A DNA stretch of 64,000 bases, taken from NCBI GenBank assembly GCA_902518395.1, contig CABYFX010000001.1, positions 4,709-68,708 on the forward strand. Direction: 5' to 3'. A program made the translations under genes and the position numbers. The stretch comes from an uncultured Pelagibacteraceae bacterium (lineage in GTDB: Bacteria > Pseudomonadota > Alphaproteobacteria > Pelagibacterales > Pelagibacteraceae). This document shows positions 18,553-29,167 of this stretch, in pieces; positions within the stretch are counted from its first letter, which is position 1, and every line of letters starts with the position of its first letter. The notes under the pieces are model-generated. The model saw only the letters and a program-made list of their open reading frames with translations. It was not told the DNA's origin and did not search any database.

Positions 18553-19143
18553 TTAGTAATAAAAAGTTGCTATACAGCTTAATAAGAGTGCCGACATAAC
18601 ATAATTAAACCATTTAATAAATTTCTCATTTGTCGCGAATTTCCTCATAAATTTTCCAATTATAGTCCAAAAAATAATACTAATAACTGCAAACAAAAAG
18701 GCAATGCTTAATAACCAAATTGAATATGAAATAAAGTTACCACCAGATTCTACATAGGTAGAAACTGCAATTATAGCAACAATTACTCCTTTAGGGTTTA
18801 GAAATTGATATAGAAATGTTTCAACAAAATTTACAGGTTTTAAATTATCACTCTCACTTGATGATTTTGAAAATGATATTTTATAAGACAAATATATTAA
18901 AAAGATTGTACCCGTTATTATTAAACCTTTTTGAAATATTGGATAAAGCTTAAATATATTTATTAAACCAAAGTTAATTACTGCTAGCATAAATGTAAAT
19001 CCAAAAATTACTCCCAACATTAAAGGAATAGTTTTTTTAAAACCGTGATTAAATCCAGAGTGAGAGGCAACAATATTATTTGGTCCTGGGGAACAGCTTG
19101 TGACAAACATAAACAAACATAGAGACAGTAATTCGGGGTGCAT
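18553..19143 (-). CDS. LysE/RhtB family translocator
   Basis: SPGPNN and Q-LNPKG motifs; about 6 TM segments. Confidence 0.88.
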   Translation of the reverse strand: MHPELLSLCLFMFVTSCSPGPNNIVASHSGFNHGFKKTIPLMLGVIFGFTFMLAVINFGLINIFKLYPIFQKGLIITGTIFLIYLSYKISFSKSSSESDNLKPVNFVETFLYQFLNPKGVIVAIIAVSTYVESGGNFISYSIWLLSIAFLFAVISIIFWTIIGKFMRKFATNEKFIKWFNYVMSALLLSCIATFYY

Positions 19144-19145
19144 GT

Positions 19146-19487
19146 TTATGCTACAGGCAAACCATTTTCTACTTTTTGGGATGGGTGAACAAGAACAACT
19201 TTGCCTTCCTCATCTATAGAACCAAGTATTAAAACCTGAGAGACAATACCTGCTATATTTTTTTCAGGAAAGTTACATATACCAATGACTTGTTTTCCGA
19301 CTAGATTTTCCTCATTATAATAATGAGTTATCTGTGCTGATGATTGCTTAATTCCTATATCTTTTCCAAAGTCAACCTCAACAACAAGAGATGGTTTCCT
19401 TGCTTTTTCATTTTTTTTTACCGATATTACTGTTCCTACTCTGATATCTACTTTGTCATAAATGTCGTAGGTTATTTGTTCTTTCAT
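19146..19487 (-). CDS. csaA: CsaA-like tRNA-binding/export chaperone
   Basis: DIRVGTV, VDFG..IGIKQSSAQIT.YY and NFP.K.IAG..S.VL.LG motifs. Confidence 0.9.
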   Translation of the reverse strand: MKEQITYDIYDKVDIRVGTVISVKKNEKARKPSLVVEVDFGKDIGIKQSSAQITHYYNEENLVGKQVIGICNFPEKNIAGIVSQVLILGSIDEEGKVVLVHPSQKVENGLPVA

Positions 19488-19512
19488 AGATTTAATATAT
19501 AATTAAAAACAA

Positions 19513-20700
19513 ATGAGTACAGGAAATAATTTAGAAGAAATATATAGTAATTCAATTAAAATACTAAAAGATTTAATTGCATTTAAAACTGTATCTGGTG
19601 AAAACAATACTCAACTAATTGACTATTGTGATAACATTTTAAATTCATTGGGTGCGTTATCTTTTAGAACATATGACGAAGAAGAAAAAAGAGTAAATCT
19701 ATTTTCAACTATTAAAGCTAAAAAAGCGAGTGACAAAAAACCAATAATTTTATCTGGTCATACTGATGTAGTTCCAGTTTCTAAAGGATGGGCAACAGAT
19801 CCTTTTGATGCAACAATTAAAGAAGATAAATTATTTGGTAGAGGCTCGTGTGATATGAAAGGATTTATAGCATGCGCATTGGCATATGCTCCTATTTTCT
19901 CTTCATCAAATTTGGATAGAGATATTCACTTCTCATTTACTTTCGATGAGGAAACTGCATGTAAAGGTGCGCCTATTTTAATTAAAGAATTAAAAAAAAG
20001 GGAAATACATGACTGTATTTGTATTGTAGGTGAACCAACTAATATGAAAATAATAGATGCACACAAAGGATGCTATGAATATACTACTTACTTTGAAGGT
20101 CTTGCAGGTCATAGTTCTCAACCAGATAAAGGTGTAAGTGCGGTTGAATTTGCAGCAAGATATGTAAATAAACTCTTAGAATTAAAAGAAAAACTTAAAG
20201 AAAGACAGCTTAAAGATTCTATCTTTGATCCTCCATACTCAACTTTACAAGTTGGTGGAATTTTTGGTGGCATAGCACATAATGTAATCGCTGATAAATG
20301 TCATGTGAACTGGGAAACAAGACCAGTTGTTAAAGAAGATGGAATTTTTTTAAACGACGAAATAGATAAATTTACAAAAGAAATTCTTATACCCGAAATG
20401 AAAAAAATTTATCCAGAGTCTTCAATTAAAAAACATATTATTGGTGAAATAACAGGTTTCGATAGAATTTCTAATTCAGAGGCGTGTGAATTTGTTTCAA
20501 GTATAACTGGAGATAATTCTAGAGAAGTGGTTTCATTTGGAACCGAAGCAGGACTATTTCAAGAGATTGGGATAAGTACAGTTGTATGCGGACCAGGATC
20601 TATAAAGCAAGCTCATAAGATTGATGAGTTTATAAAATTATCTGAAATTAAAAAATGTATTAGTTTTTTAGATGGTGTTAAAAATAAATCTTTGAATTAA
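19513..20700 (+). CDS. argE: Acetylornithine deacetylase family M20 metallohydrolase
   Basis: SGHTDVVP, GRGSCDMKG, DEE, GEPT, GTEAG and AHK.DE motifs. Confidence 0.88.
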   Translation: MSTGNNLEEIYSNSIKILKDLIAFKTVSGENNTQLIDYCDNILNSLGALSFRTYDEEEKRVNLFSTIKAKKASDKKPIILSGHTDVVPVSKGWATDPFDATIKEDKLFGRGSCDMKGFIACALAYAPIFSSSNLDRDIHFSFTFDEETACKGAPILIKELKKREIHDCICIVGEPTNMKIIDAHKGCYEYTTYFEGLAGHSSQPDKGVSAVEFAARYVNKLLELKEKLKERQLKDSIFDPPYSTLQVGGIFGGIAHNVIADKCHVNWETRPVVKEDGIFLNDEIDKFTKEILIPEMKKIYPESSIKKHIIGEITGFDRISNSEACEFVSSITGDNSREVVSFGTEAGLFQEIGISTVVCGPGSIKQAHKIDEFIKLSEIKKCISFLDGVKNKSLN

Positions 20701-22130
20701 TTCCAACCACCTATAGATTTTACTTCTAAAAATTCTAATAATCCTTCTTTCCCACCTTCTCTTCCTATTCCAGAGTGTTTAAATCCTCCAAATGGAGCGT
20801 CTACAGCAAGTGAAGCCGTATTTGCAACTATCATCCCAGATCTAAGTTTTCTTGCAACTCTTTTAACTTTTTCTTGATCTTCAGTTTGAATATAGTTTGT
20901 CAAACCGTAGGGAGTATCATTTGCAATTTCTATTGCCTCTTCTTCTGTTTCAAATGGAATTACTGATAATACTGGACCAAAAATCTCAGTTCTGGCAATT
21001 TCCATATTATTATTTACATCGGCAAAAACAGTTGGCTTTACATAATAACCATCTTCAAAGCCATCAGGTTTTCCAGGTCCTCCTGCTATTAAATTAGCAC
21101 CTTCATCTATACCCTTTTTAATTAAACCTTGAATTTTATTATATTGTGTTTCTGATATTACTGGACCTATATGGTCACCTTCTTTTTGAGGAATATCAAC
21201 TTTATATTCGTTAGCAAATTTTTTTAATCTATTAACTGCATCATCATAAATTGATTTTTCTATAAGCATTCTTGTAGGTGCATTACACGATTGACCTGAA
21301 TTTCTAAAACATCTTGCAGCTCCTCTTTCAATTGCCTCAGAATCTGCGTCTTTAAAAATAATATTTGCTCCTTTTCCGCCTAATTCAAGACTTACTCTTT
21401 TAAAGTCTTTTGCTGCATTTTGTGAAATTAGAGCTCCTGCTCTTGTTGAGCCTGTAAAAGATATCATATTTACATCTTTGTGACTGGTCAGTGCATTACC
21501 TGTGGTTTCTCCATCTCCATTAACTAAATTAAATACACCTTTTGGAAAACCTGCCTCATCAATAAGTTCTGCAAGTATCATAGATGATAAAGGTGCTAGC
21601 TCAGAAGGTTTTAAAATCATAGTACACCCTGCTGCTAAAGCTGGGATTACTTTTAAACAAACTTGATTCATTGGCCAATTCCAAGGTGTTATTAATACAC
21701 AAACTCCTTTGGGTTCATAAATAATTCTCTGATCTTGCGCATGATCTCCTAAAGGTTTTTCAAAATCAAAAGCTTTAAGATACTTTATAAATGATTTTGT
21801 ATGACTGGCTCCTGTACCGGTTTGTAGTTTGGATGCAAAATCTTTTGGAGCACCCATTTCCATCATTATTGCCTCTGTAGTATCATTCCATTTTTTTTTA
21901 TATAGCTCATAAAACTTTTCTAATAGTTTAATCCTTTCCTCTTTTTTTGTGAAACCCCAAGTTTGAAAAGCAGTTTTTGCAGCTGATACTGCATCATCAA
22001 CATCTTCTTTTCCACCCAGTGAAATAACTGCACAACTTTTTTCTGTGGCAGGATTTATTACTTGAATATCTTTAGAATTTTTTGGCTCTACCCATTGACC
22101 ATTTATATAAAAATTTCTTTTTTCTAACAT
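20697..22130 (-). CDS. NAD(P)-dependent aldehyde dehydrogenase
   Basis: ITPWNWP, FTGST, LELGGKG, SGQSCNAP (catalytic Cys) and EIFGPV motifs. Confidence 0.95.
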   Translation of the reverse strand: MLEKRNFYINGQWVEPKNSKDIQVINPATEKSCAVISLGGKEDVDDAVSAAKTAFQTWGFTKKEERIKLLEKFYELYKKKWNDTTEAIMMEMGAPKDFASKLQTGTGASHTKSFIKYLKAFDFEKPLGDHAQDQRIIYEPKGVCVLITPWNWPMNQVCLKVIPALAAGCTMILKPSELAPLSSMILAELIDEAGFPKGVFNLVNGDGETTGNALTSHKDVNMISFTGSTRAGALISQNAAKDFKRVSLELGGKGANIIFKDADSEAIERGAARCFRNSGQSCNAPTRMLIEKSIYDDAVNRLKKFANEYKVDIPQKEGDHIGPVISETQYNKIQGLIKKGIDEGANLIAGGPGKPDGFEDGYYVKPTVFADVNNNMEIARTEIFGPVLSVIPFETEEEAIEIANDTPYGLTNYIQTEDQEKVKRVARKLRSGMIVANTASLAVDAPFGGFKHSGIGREGGKEGLLEFLEVKSIGGWN

Positions 22131-22149
22131 ATATTAAGCTATCTGTTCT

Positions 22150-23106
22150 TTAGACTTTTGCAAACAAATTTGTCAATTCATAAACAATTGTTGCAGCTGC
22201 TAAAGAAGTTACTTCTGCATGATCATATGCTGGTGCTACTTCAACTACATCCGCTGAAACTAAGTTTAAGCCTGACAATCCTCTAATAACATTTACAATT
22301 TCTCTTGTAGTCATACCTGCTATCTCAGGTGTACCAGTTCCAGGAGCAAAAGCTGGATCTAAGACGTCAATGTCTATCGATAAATATAAAGCATTATCTC
22401 CTACTCTGTTTCTAATTCTATCAACTATTTTGTCTATACCCTCTGTTTGAAATTCATCACAATGAATTATTTTAAAACCAAAACTTTCATCATTCTTAAT
22501 ATCTTCCCTGCTATAGAGTGGGCCTCTAATTCCAACGTGCATTGATGCATCATCTAAAAATAAATTTTCCTCTCTGGCTCTCCTAAATGGTGTACCATGT
22601 GTATAAGGTGCTCCAAAATAAGTATCCCAAGTATCTAGGTGAGCATCGAAATGGACTAATGAAACTGGACCTTTATTTTTTTTATTAATTGCTCTAAGCA
22701 ATGGAACAGCTATTGTATGATCGCCACCAAGACTAATAATCCCTCCTACTTTATTTAAAAGATCTGTAGCACCAACTTCTATTTGTTTTATAGCTTCATC
22801 AATATTAAATGGATTACATGCAATATCTCCTGCATCTGCAACTTGTTGTACTTTAAATGGTTCAACATCGTAACTTGGGTGATAATTTGTTCTCAAATGT
22901 CTTGAAGCTTGTCTTATACTTTGCGGTCCAAATCGTGCTCCAGGTCTGTAACTAGTTCCTGAATCAAAAGGAACTCCAACAATTGCAACATCACAACTTT
23001 CAACGTCTCTTAATTCCGGTAATCTAGCGAAGGTTGATGGTCCCGCATATCTTGGTACTTTTGTTCCACTTACTGGTTGGATTGGTTTTTTATTTTTATC
23101 TTTCAA
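22150..23106 (-). CDS. speB: Agmatinase/guanidino-amidinohydrolase (ureohydrolase family), TTG start
   Basis: GGDH, DAHLD, HGTPF, SIDIDVLDP and GTGTPE motifs. Confidence 0.85.
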   Translation of the reverse strand: MKDKNKKPIQPVSGTKVPRYAGPSTFARLPELRDVESCDVAIVGVPFDSGTSYRPGARFGPQSIRQASRHLRTNYHPSYDVEPFKVQQVADAGDIACNPFNIDEAIKQIEVGATDLLNKVGGIISLGGDHTIAVPLLRAINKKNKGPVSLVHFDAHLDTWDTYFGAPYTHGTPFRRAREENLFLDDASMHVGIRGPLYSREDIKNDESFGFKIIHCDEFQTEGIDKIVDRIRNRVGDNALYLSIDIDVLDPAFAPGTGTPEIAGMTTREIVNVIRGLSGLNLVSADVVEVAPAYDHAEVTSLAAATIVYELTNLFAKV

Positions 23107-23324
23107 TTTTTAGAGCTATTTCTATGAATAAATTCAGCTGCTTTTTTAAAATCATTGATATTTTTTTGATACATAGAAACCTCTTTATTCGAATTTGAAG
23201 AAACTAGAATTATTATTAAAGCAATTATAATAGCTGCAGCATAATAAAATGGCATTTTTTTCTTCCAAGATATTAGAATTTTTGTTGCATTGTCTGCTTG
23301 TTTTTTTGTTGGTCTATTTGCCAT
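23103..23324 (-). CDS. Small hypothetical membrane protein
   Basis: One TM segment (YAAAIIIALIIILV); fills the gap between fadN and speB. Confidence 0.6.
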   Translation of the reverse strand: MANRPTKKQADNATKILISWKKKMPFYYAAAIIIALIIILVSSNSNKEVSMYQKNINDFKKAAEFIHRNSSKN

Positions 23325-23328
23325 GATA

Positions 23329-25551
23329 TTAGTTTACCAGAGGTTTACCAGTTTTCAATGTATGTTTAATTCTATCTTGGGTTTTTTCTGTCTCAATTAG
23401 CTTCATAAATGCATCTAACTCTAGTTTATATAAATCATCCTCTGATAAAGTTTTTTCTAAAGTAGTATCTCCACCACTTAAAACTTTTGCCAGTTCTTTT
23501 CCAACTTCCATGCCATGATCAAGAATGATTTTTTCATTGTATAATTTTTCTAACATTTTTACCATTTTGTCATAAACGCTTTTTCCTGACAGTTTAAATG
23601 TACATTCCTCTGGGGGAGAAAAATCTTTATTATTTTGAATTATCTCTTGAGAAACCTGTAATAAACTATTTCTACTCATTATTTTTTTATCCACTGGTCT
23701 TAAGTATTTTAAAGGCTCAGCTTCAATTGGTGATGTAGCAGTTTTAGCATATCCAATAATATCAAATACTTTTAAAGAAGCATAATCAGGATCATTTTTA
23801 GCTTCTTCAGTTTGAGACCATCTCCAAAGCATTTCTTTACATCCTCCACCTGCTGGAATTAATCCAACCATAGTCTCAACTAAGCCAACTACAATATTGG
23901 TATGGGACGCAACAAAGTTACTTTGACATAAAACCTCAAAACCACCACCCAATGCCAACCCTGATGGCGCTGATACAACTGGATACTTAGAATATTTTAA
24001 ATGTTTACAAGTCTCTTGAAAATATTTAACAAACTTTTCAATAGATTTAAAATCTCCTTTGTCTGCAAAATTCATTGTGTAAGACAAGTTCACACCTGCT
24101 GAAAATTGCATCGCCTCATTTATTATTATTAAAGGTTTGTCGGTTGCATTTTTTAAGCTATCCATCGAGTCGTAATCTAAAGCGTTAGCCTTAGTTGTGA
24201 ATTCAACAATATTAAAATCATCAAATCTATAAGTTTCAGCAGAGTTATTTTTATCTAATTTAGTTGCTCTAGGTTTTATTTTTCCTAAAGTTTCTAAATC
24301 AGTGTATTGTTGTCTTTCACCATAAAAGTTTTCGTCTTTACTTTGAGATAAGTTTTCAAGAAACTTGTTATTTTCAAATGTATCTATTCTCTCAAAAAAA
24401 TCCTTAACACCGATTTCTTTTAACATTTCAAAAGGTCCCTTAGACCAGTTAAACCCTAGTCTCATTGCTTCGTCGATATCATTAAATTTATCTGTAATAC
24501 CTGGAACTAAAGATGATGCATATTTAATAATTTTTGAAATTACAGACCAAGCATATTCACCATATTTATCTTTTCTGTTTATAAGACCAACAATATCCAT
24601 TTTTTCTGATCCTAAATTGAACTTTTTAGATAATGAATATTCACCTGTTTCTAAGCTTATACCCTCTAGAATTTTTTTATTATCAGACTTATTCATTCTA
24701 TAGAAACCACCTTTTCCTTTTCTTCCAGTGTACCCAGTTTCTATTAGTTTTTTAACTAATGGTATTTCTTTAGCTACAACTTGAAAATCATCAGTTTCTG
24801 GAAGTTCTTTTATAAAACTTTTCAAAACATCAGCCATCAAATCAATTCCAATTAAATCATAAAGTCCAAAAACTCCTGTTTTTGGTATTCCCATTGGTCT
24901 GCCAAAAACAGCGTCAGCTTCTTCAATTGTTAATTTCATTTTAAAAGCTTGAGTCATAGCCACTTGCATAGCGTAGACACCAATTCTATTTCCTAAAAAA
25001 CCTGGAGTATCATTACAAATTAATGCACCTTTTCCTAAATCTTTTTCACAAAAACTTTTAAGTGAGTTTATTTGATCTAAATCATTATTTTCACTTTTTA
25101 CAATTTCTAACAAATCCATATATCTAACAGGATTAAAGAAGTGAGTTATACAAAAGTCTTTTTTTTCTTCATCTGAAAGTTTTTCTGAAAGAACTTTAAT
25201 TGGAATAGAAGATGTATTTGAAGATACTATTGATCCTTTTTTTCTTTGTTTAAAAATTTTTTCATAAATATTGTGTTTAATATCAATTCTCTCAACAACA
25301 GCTTCAACTATCCAGTCTGCTTCACCAACTTCATTGAAATTATCATTTATATTTCCAACATTGATATTATTTATTTTTGACTTATCTATTAATAAAGGAG
25401 GTCTAGACTTTAAAATTCTTTCTCTAGCTTTTTCAGAAATTTCAGTTGTTAAGTCTAACAATGTTACTGGAACATTTGCATTGCATAATTGAGCAGCAAT
25501 TCCACTGCCCATTGTTCCTGAACCTATAACTACTACTTTGTTAATTTTCAT
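23329..25551 (-). CDS. fadN: 3-hydroxyacyl-CoA dehydrogenase / enoyl-CoA hydratase (FadN-type domain order)
   Basis: GSGTMGSG, EAVVE, SNTSS, HFFNP and PGFLGNR motifs; C-terminal crotonase domain (ALGGGFE, GLVE..VGLIPAGGG). Confidence 0.92.
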   Translation of the reverse strand: MKINKVVVIGSGTMGSGIAAQLCNANVPVTLLDLTTEISEKARERILKSRPPLLIDKSKINNINVGNINDNFNEVGEADWIVEAVVERIDIKHNIYEKIFKQRKKGSIVSSNTSSIPIKVLSEKLSDEEKKDFCITHFFNPVRYMDLLEIVKSENNDLDQINSLKSFCEKDLGKGALICNDTPGFLGNRIGVYAMQVAMTQAFKMKLTIEEADAVFGRPMGIPKTGVFGLYDLIGIDLMADVLKSFIKELPETDDFQVVAKEIPLVKKLIETGYTGRKGKGGFYRMNKSDNKKILEGISLETGEYSLSKKFNLGSEKMDIVGLINRKDKYGEYAWSVISKIIKYASSLVPGITDKFNDIDEAMRLGFNWSKGPFEMLKEIGVKDFFERIDTFENNKFLENLSQSKDENFYGERQQYTDLETLGKIKPRATKLDKNNSAETYRFDDFNIVEFTTKANALDYDSMDSLKNATDKPLIIINEAMQFSAGVNLSYTMNFADKGDFKSIEKFVKYFQETCKHLKYSKYPVVSAPSGLALGGGFEVLCQSNFVASHTNIVVGLVETMVGLIPAGGGCKEMLWRWSQTEEAKNDPDYASLKVFDIIGYAKTATSPIEAEPLKYLRPVDKKIMSRNSLLQVSQEIIQNNKDFSPPEECTFKLSGKSVYDKMVKMLEKLYNEKIILDHGMEVGKELAKVLSGGDTTLEKTLSEDDLYKLELDAFMKLIETEKTQDRIKHTLKTGKPLVN

Positions 25552-25622
25552 AATGAGAATAAAAGCTTATAATGAAAAACTTATTCAAGAGCAACTTAAA
25601 GCCATTAGATATTTTAATATTA

Positions 25623-26186
25623 TTATTTAATTATTTTTGTAATTGATGGAATTATTGCCACTGCTAGAGCAATTTTGAATAATTCACTTGGTAAAAAAGG
25701 ATATAGACCACCAGCTAAAGCCTTTTCATAACCGATAACTGAGCCCAAATAACCCACCCCAAAAATAAAAATTATGGAAGTTGCTAGCAAAAGAGAAAAT
25801 AAACTTTTGATATAGGAGTCGTTATAATTTCTTTCTGCTAAATAACCAACAACACCAGCTGCAATAGTCATTCCATAAAGATAGCCAGCTGTTGGACCTG
25901 TTAAATAAAGTAACCCTCCACCTTTTGCAAAAACTGGAAACCCAATAGCTCCTTCAAAGAGATATAATAAAAGTGTAAAAAACGCCAACTTTGAGCCAAA
26001 TGTCATTCCAATTATGAAAACTGCAAAAGTTTGCATCGTCATTGGAACTGGCCAAAATGGAACTTGAACTTTTGATGAAAAAGCTAGGATAAGTGTACCT
26101 ATTAACATCAAAGAAATATTCTGAAAATAAATATTTATTCTAAAATCAGATAATAAATTTTTAATCAAAGTAGAATTATTTTTCAT
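25623..26186 (-). CDS. bioY: Biotin transporter BioY
   Basis: PVPMTMQT, YL.EGAIGFPVFA, GPTAGYL and PFLP.E.FK motifs. Confidence 0.93.
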   Translation of the reverse strand: MKNNSTLIKNLLSDFRINIYFQNISLMLIGTLILAFSSKVQVPFWPVPMTMQTFAVFIIGMTFGSKLAFFTLLLYLFEGAIGFPVFAKGGGLLYLTGPTAGYLYGMTIAAGVVGYLAERNYNDSYIKSLFSLLLATSIIFIFGVGYLGSVIGYEKALAGGLYPFLPSELFKIALAVAIIPSITKIIK

Positions 26187-26242
26187 CCTAAAAGGTATTT
26201 AAACATACTTGAATGCAAATTTAAAATAATAAATATAAAACT

Positions 26243-28270
26243 TTAATTAATTTGGTCTTTTTGTAATTCTTTTAATGGTATGTGGCATCTGATAGAGTTT
26301 CCGCCGTTAGTTATTTGCCAAGGTGGTACCTCACTCTTACAAATATCGCCTAATATTCTTGAACATCTCCCTTGAAAACTACACCCTTTTTGAGGTGGCT
26401 TTTCCTCTACAATATCCTCAGCAACTAATTTTGGTTTGATATCTGGATCTGGTTCCAACACTGCTCCTAATAAAACCTCTGTATAAGGATGTGATGGAAA
26501 TTGATAAACATCTTTTGATGGTCCTACTTCACACAATCTTCCTTGATAAAGAACAGCAACTCTATCACTTATAGCTCTTACTACGGCTAAATCATGTGAA
26601 ACAAATATATATGTAGTTCCAAAATCTTCTTTAAGTTGTTGTAGCAAATTTAATACAGCTGCTTGAACTGATACATCTAATGCAGATGTTACCTCATCAC
26701 ATAATATAATATCTGGTTTAGCTGCAAAAGCTCTTGCCACTGCAACTCTCTGTTTTTCACCACCAGATAATTGTCTGGGGTACCTGGACATATAAAATTC
26801 TCCAAGTCTTACTTTTTGTAATAAATCTATAATATTTTTTTTTAATTCTTCACCCTTTAAACCAAAATATAATTTTAATGGTTGCGCTATTATTTCTTCA
26901 ACAGTATGGTTTGGGTTTAAAGACTCATCTGGATTTTGAAAAATTAATTGAATAATTCTTAAATCATTAGGATCTCTCTCTTTGAGGTCAGAAGATAAAT
27001 TTCTATTTTGATCAAATTTTATTATTCCACCTTTGGTTCTGAGTAACCCAGCAATAGATTTAAGAATTGTAGACTTTCCACTACCTGACTCTCCAACAAG
27101 AGCTATAGTTTCACCCTTCTTAATGTTAATATTAATATCTTTTACAGTCGGGTTATCGTCAGAAATTCTATTTAACACTTGATCTAAAAGTTTTTGCTTA
27201 GCATAACTTATTGAAACTTCTGAAAGGTTTAATATTTCTTTATCTTGCAAACTCGTCTTAATTTTATTAACAGTTTGATTAACCTGACTGTCATTCATTA
27301 AACTCTTATAATTAAAACATCTAACATTTGTGTTTAATTCTTCTAAGTACTCAAGTTGAGGAGAGTTATTTTTACATTTTTCCTCAGAAAAATCGCACCT
27401 ATCAAAGAAACTGCAGCCTCTATGCATTGTTCCAGGTTGAGGTTGGCTACCAGGCATTGATTGTGGAAGCCCTGCTAGTGATAATTTTGGTATAGATTTA
27501 AGCAAACCATATGTATACGGATGAATTGGTTTTTTAAGAATATCTCTTGAGGGTCCCTCTAAAACTATTTCACCTGAGTACATTACAATAATACGGTCAC
27601 TTACTTGAGCTATTGCTCCTAGGTCATGGCTCACATAAACCATTGATGTTCCAGTGTCTTTGGCAATGAAATTAAGCAGTTCTAAAACGTGAGCTTGTGT
27701 TGTTACGTCTAAGCCAGTGGTAGGTTCGTCCAATAGTAAAAGGTCAGGAGTTCCAGCTAATGCCATTGCAACAGCAACTCTTTGTTGTTGTCCCCCTGAA
27801 AGTTCATGAGGATATCGAAGAGCAATTGTTTCTGGTGAAGGAAGTCTCACTTTATTTAACAATTCAGAAATTTTTTGCTCTCTTTCCTCCTCCTTTAAAT
27901 CAGAATGCAACTGTAATGCCTCATCAATTTGATAACCTATTTTTAAATTTGGTGTTAATGCCTGCCCGGCATTTTGTGGTATCATTGCGATTTTCCTACC
28001 TCTGATTTTTTCCAAATCTCTATTTTTCATTTTTAAAAGATTTGATGAATTGAATTCACATTCTCCACCAATAGTATAGAGACCATGCTTGACATATCCC
28101 ATCATTGCAAGTGCAAGAGTACTTTTTCCAGATCCAGACTCTCCAACAATACCAACGGTTTCACCTTTTTTAATATTTGTGCTTATGTCTCTTAATATTA
28201 AAATCTCTTCACCTTTTTTACTTTTAAATCCAATAGATAAATTTTTTACTTTTTGAATTATTTCAGTCAT
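26243..28270 (-). CDS. Dipeptide/oligopeptide ABC transporter fused double ATPase (DppD/DppF)
   Basis: Two GESGSGKS Walker A, two LSGG signatures, HPYT and Cys-rich C-terminal extensions. Confidence 0.93.
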   Translation of the reverse strand: MTEIIQKVKNLSIGFKSKKGEEILILRDISTNIKKGETVGIVGESGSGKSTLALAMMGYVKHGLYTIGGECEFNSSNLLKMKNRDLEKIRGRKIAMIPQNAGQALTPNLKIGYQIDEALQLHSDLKEEEREQKISELLNKVRLPSPETIALRYPHELSGGQQQRVAVAMALAGTPDLLLLDEPTTGLDVTTQAHVLELLNFIAKDTGTSMVYVSHDLGAIAQVSDRIIVMYSGEIVLEGPSRDILKKPIHPYTYGLLKSIPKLSLAGLPQSMPGSQPQPGTMHRGCSFFDRCDFSEEKCKNNSPQLEYLEELNTNVRCFNYKSLMNDSQVNQTVNKIKTSLQDKEILNLSEVSISYAKQKLLDQVLNRISDDNPTVKDININIKKGETIALVGESGSGKSTILKSIAGLLRTKGGIIKFDQNRNLSSDLKERDPNDLRIIQLIFQNPDESLNPNHTVEEIIAQPLKLYFGLKGEELKKNIIDLLQKVRLGEFYMSRYPRQLSGGEKQRVAVARAFAAKPDIILCDEVTSALDVSVQAAVLNLLQQLKEDFGTTYIFVSHDLAVVRAISDRVAVLYQGRLCEVGPSKDVYQFPSHPYTEVLLGAVLEPDPDIKPKLVAEDIVEEKPPQKGCSFQGRCSRILGDICKSEVPPWQITNGGNSIRCHIPLKELQKDQIN

Positions 28271-28272
28271 TT

Positions 28273-29166
28273 TTAAACAGGCGCTTTTGTTGATCTATCT
28301 ATACCTAATGCTTTAGCGAAAGCATCAGCTGTCAAATTGATGCCAATTATTAAGCTGCTTAAACCAACAATTGGAGCTATCACTGACCAATAAGCAAAAG
28401 ACATTAAACCTCTGGCATTTGATATCATCAATCCCCAATCTGGAGTTGGAGGACTAACACCAAAACCTAGGAATGATAAAGAACTAAAGCCAAGTAGCAT
28501 CCATGACCATCTCATTGCACCTTCCACTAAAATTGCATCTCTTACATTTGGAATTATCTCATTCCATATTATTGAAAAATTACTATGCCCTCTTGCTCTA
28601 GCGGATACAATAAAGTCTTTCGCAATAACATCATGGGTAGCAGCTCTTGCCACTCTTACAATTCCTTTACCATAAAAAAAACCTAAAGCAGGTATCAGTA
28701 CCTCAGTTGATGTACCTAACAAAGATACAATTAACAACATCGCTAATATCCACGGTATAGATAAAAATGCATCAACAATTCTCATTACTATATCGTCAGT
28801 TTTTCCACCAACCAGTCCACAAAAAATTCCTAACAGACCACCCCAAAGTAGTGCTATCAAAGATCCGAAGAAAGTAATTGTTAAAGCTGTTCTTCCACCT
28901 AAAATTGTTCTAGTAAAAACGTCTCTTCCAAGATCATCAGTTCCAAACCAATACTCAGCCGACGGAGCCTGTAGCATTAAAGTTGGGTTAATTGCTTTAA
29001 AATCATATGGCGCAATATAAGGGCTAATAAATGCAAGAATAACGTGGAAAATCAATATACTTAAACCAATGAAACCCGATGGTCTTGAAGCCATTGTAAT
29101 TATTATTTCAGAAACTTTTGCGAAATTACTTTTCTTTTCTTCCTGATAAATATTATCTAATTTCAT
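28273..29166 (-). CDS. dppC: Dpp/Opp-type ABC permease (DppC-like)
   Basis: FGTDDLGRD, SARARG and LSFLGFG..PPTPDWG motifs. Confidence 0.9.
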   Translation of the reverse strand: MKLDNIYQEEKKSNFAKVSEIIITMASRPSGFIGLSILIFHVILAFISPYIAPYDFKAINPTLMLQAPSAEYWFGTDDLGRDVFTRTILGGRTALTITFFGSLIALLWGGLLGIFCGLVGGKTDDIVMRIVDAFLSIPWILAMLLIVSLLGTSTEVLIPALGFFYGKGIVRVARAATHDVIAKDFIVSARARGHSNFSIIWNEIIPNVRDAILVEGAMRWSWMLLGFSSLSFLGFGVSPPTPDWGLMISNARGLMSFAYWSVIAPIVGLSSLIIGINLTADAFAKALGIDRSTKAPV

Positions 29167-29167
29167 A

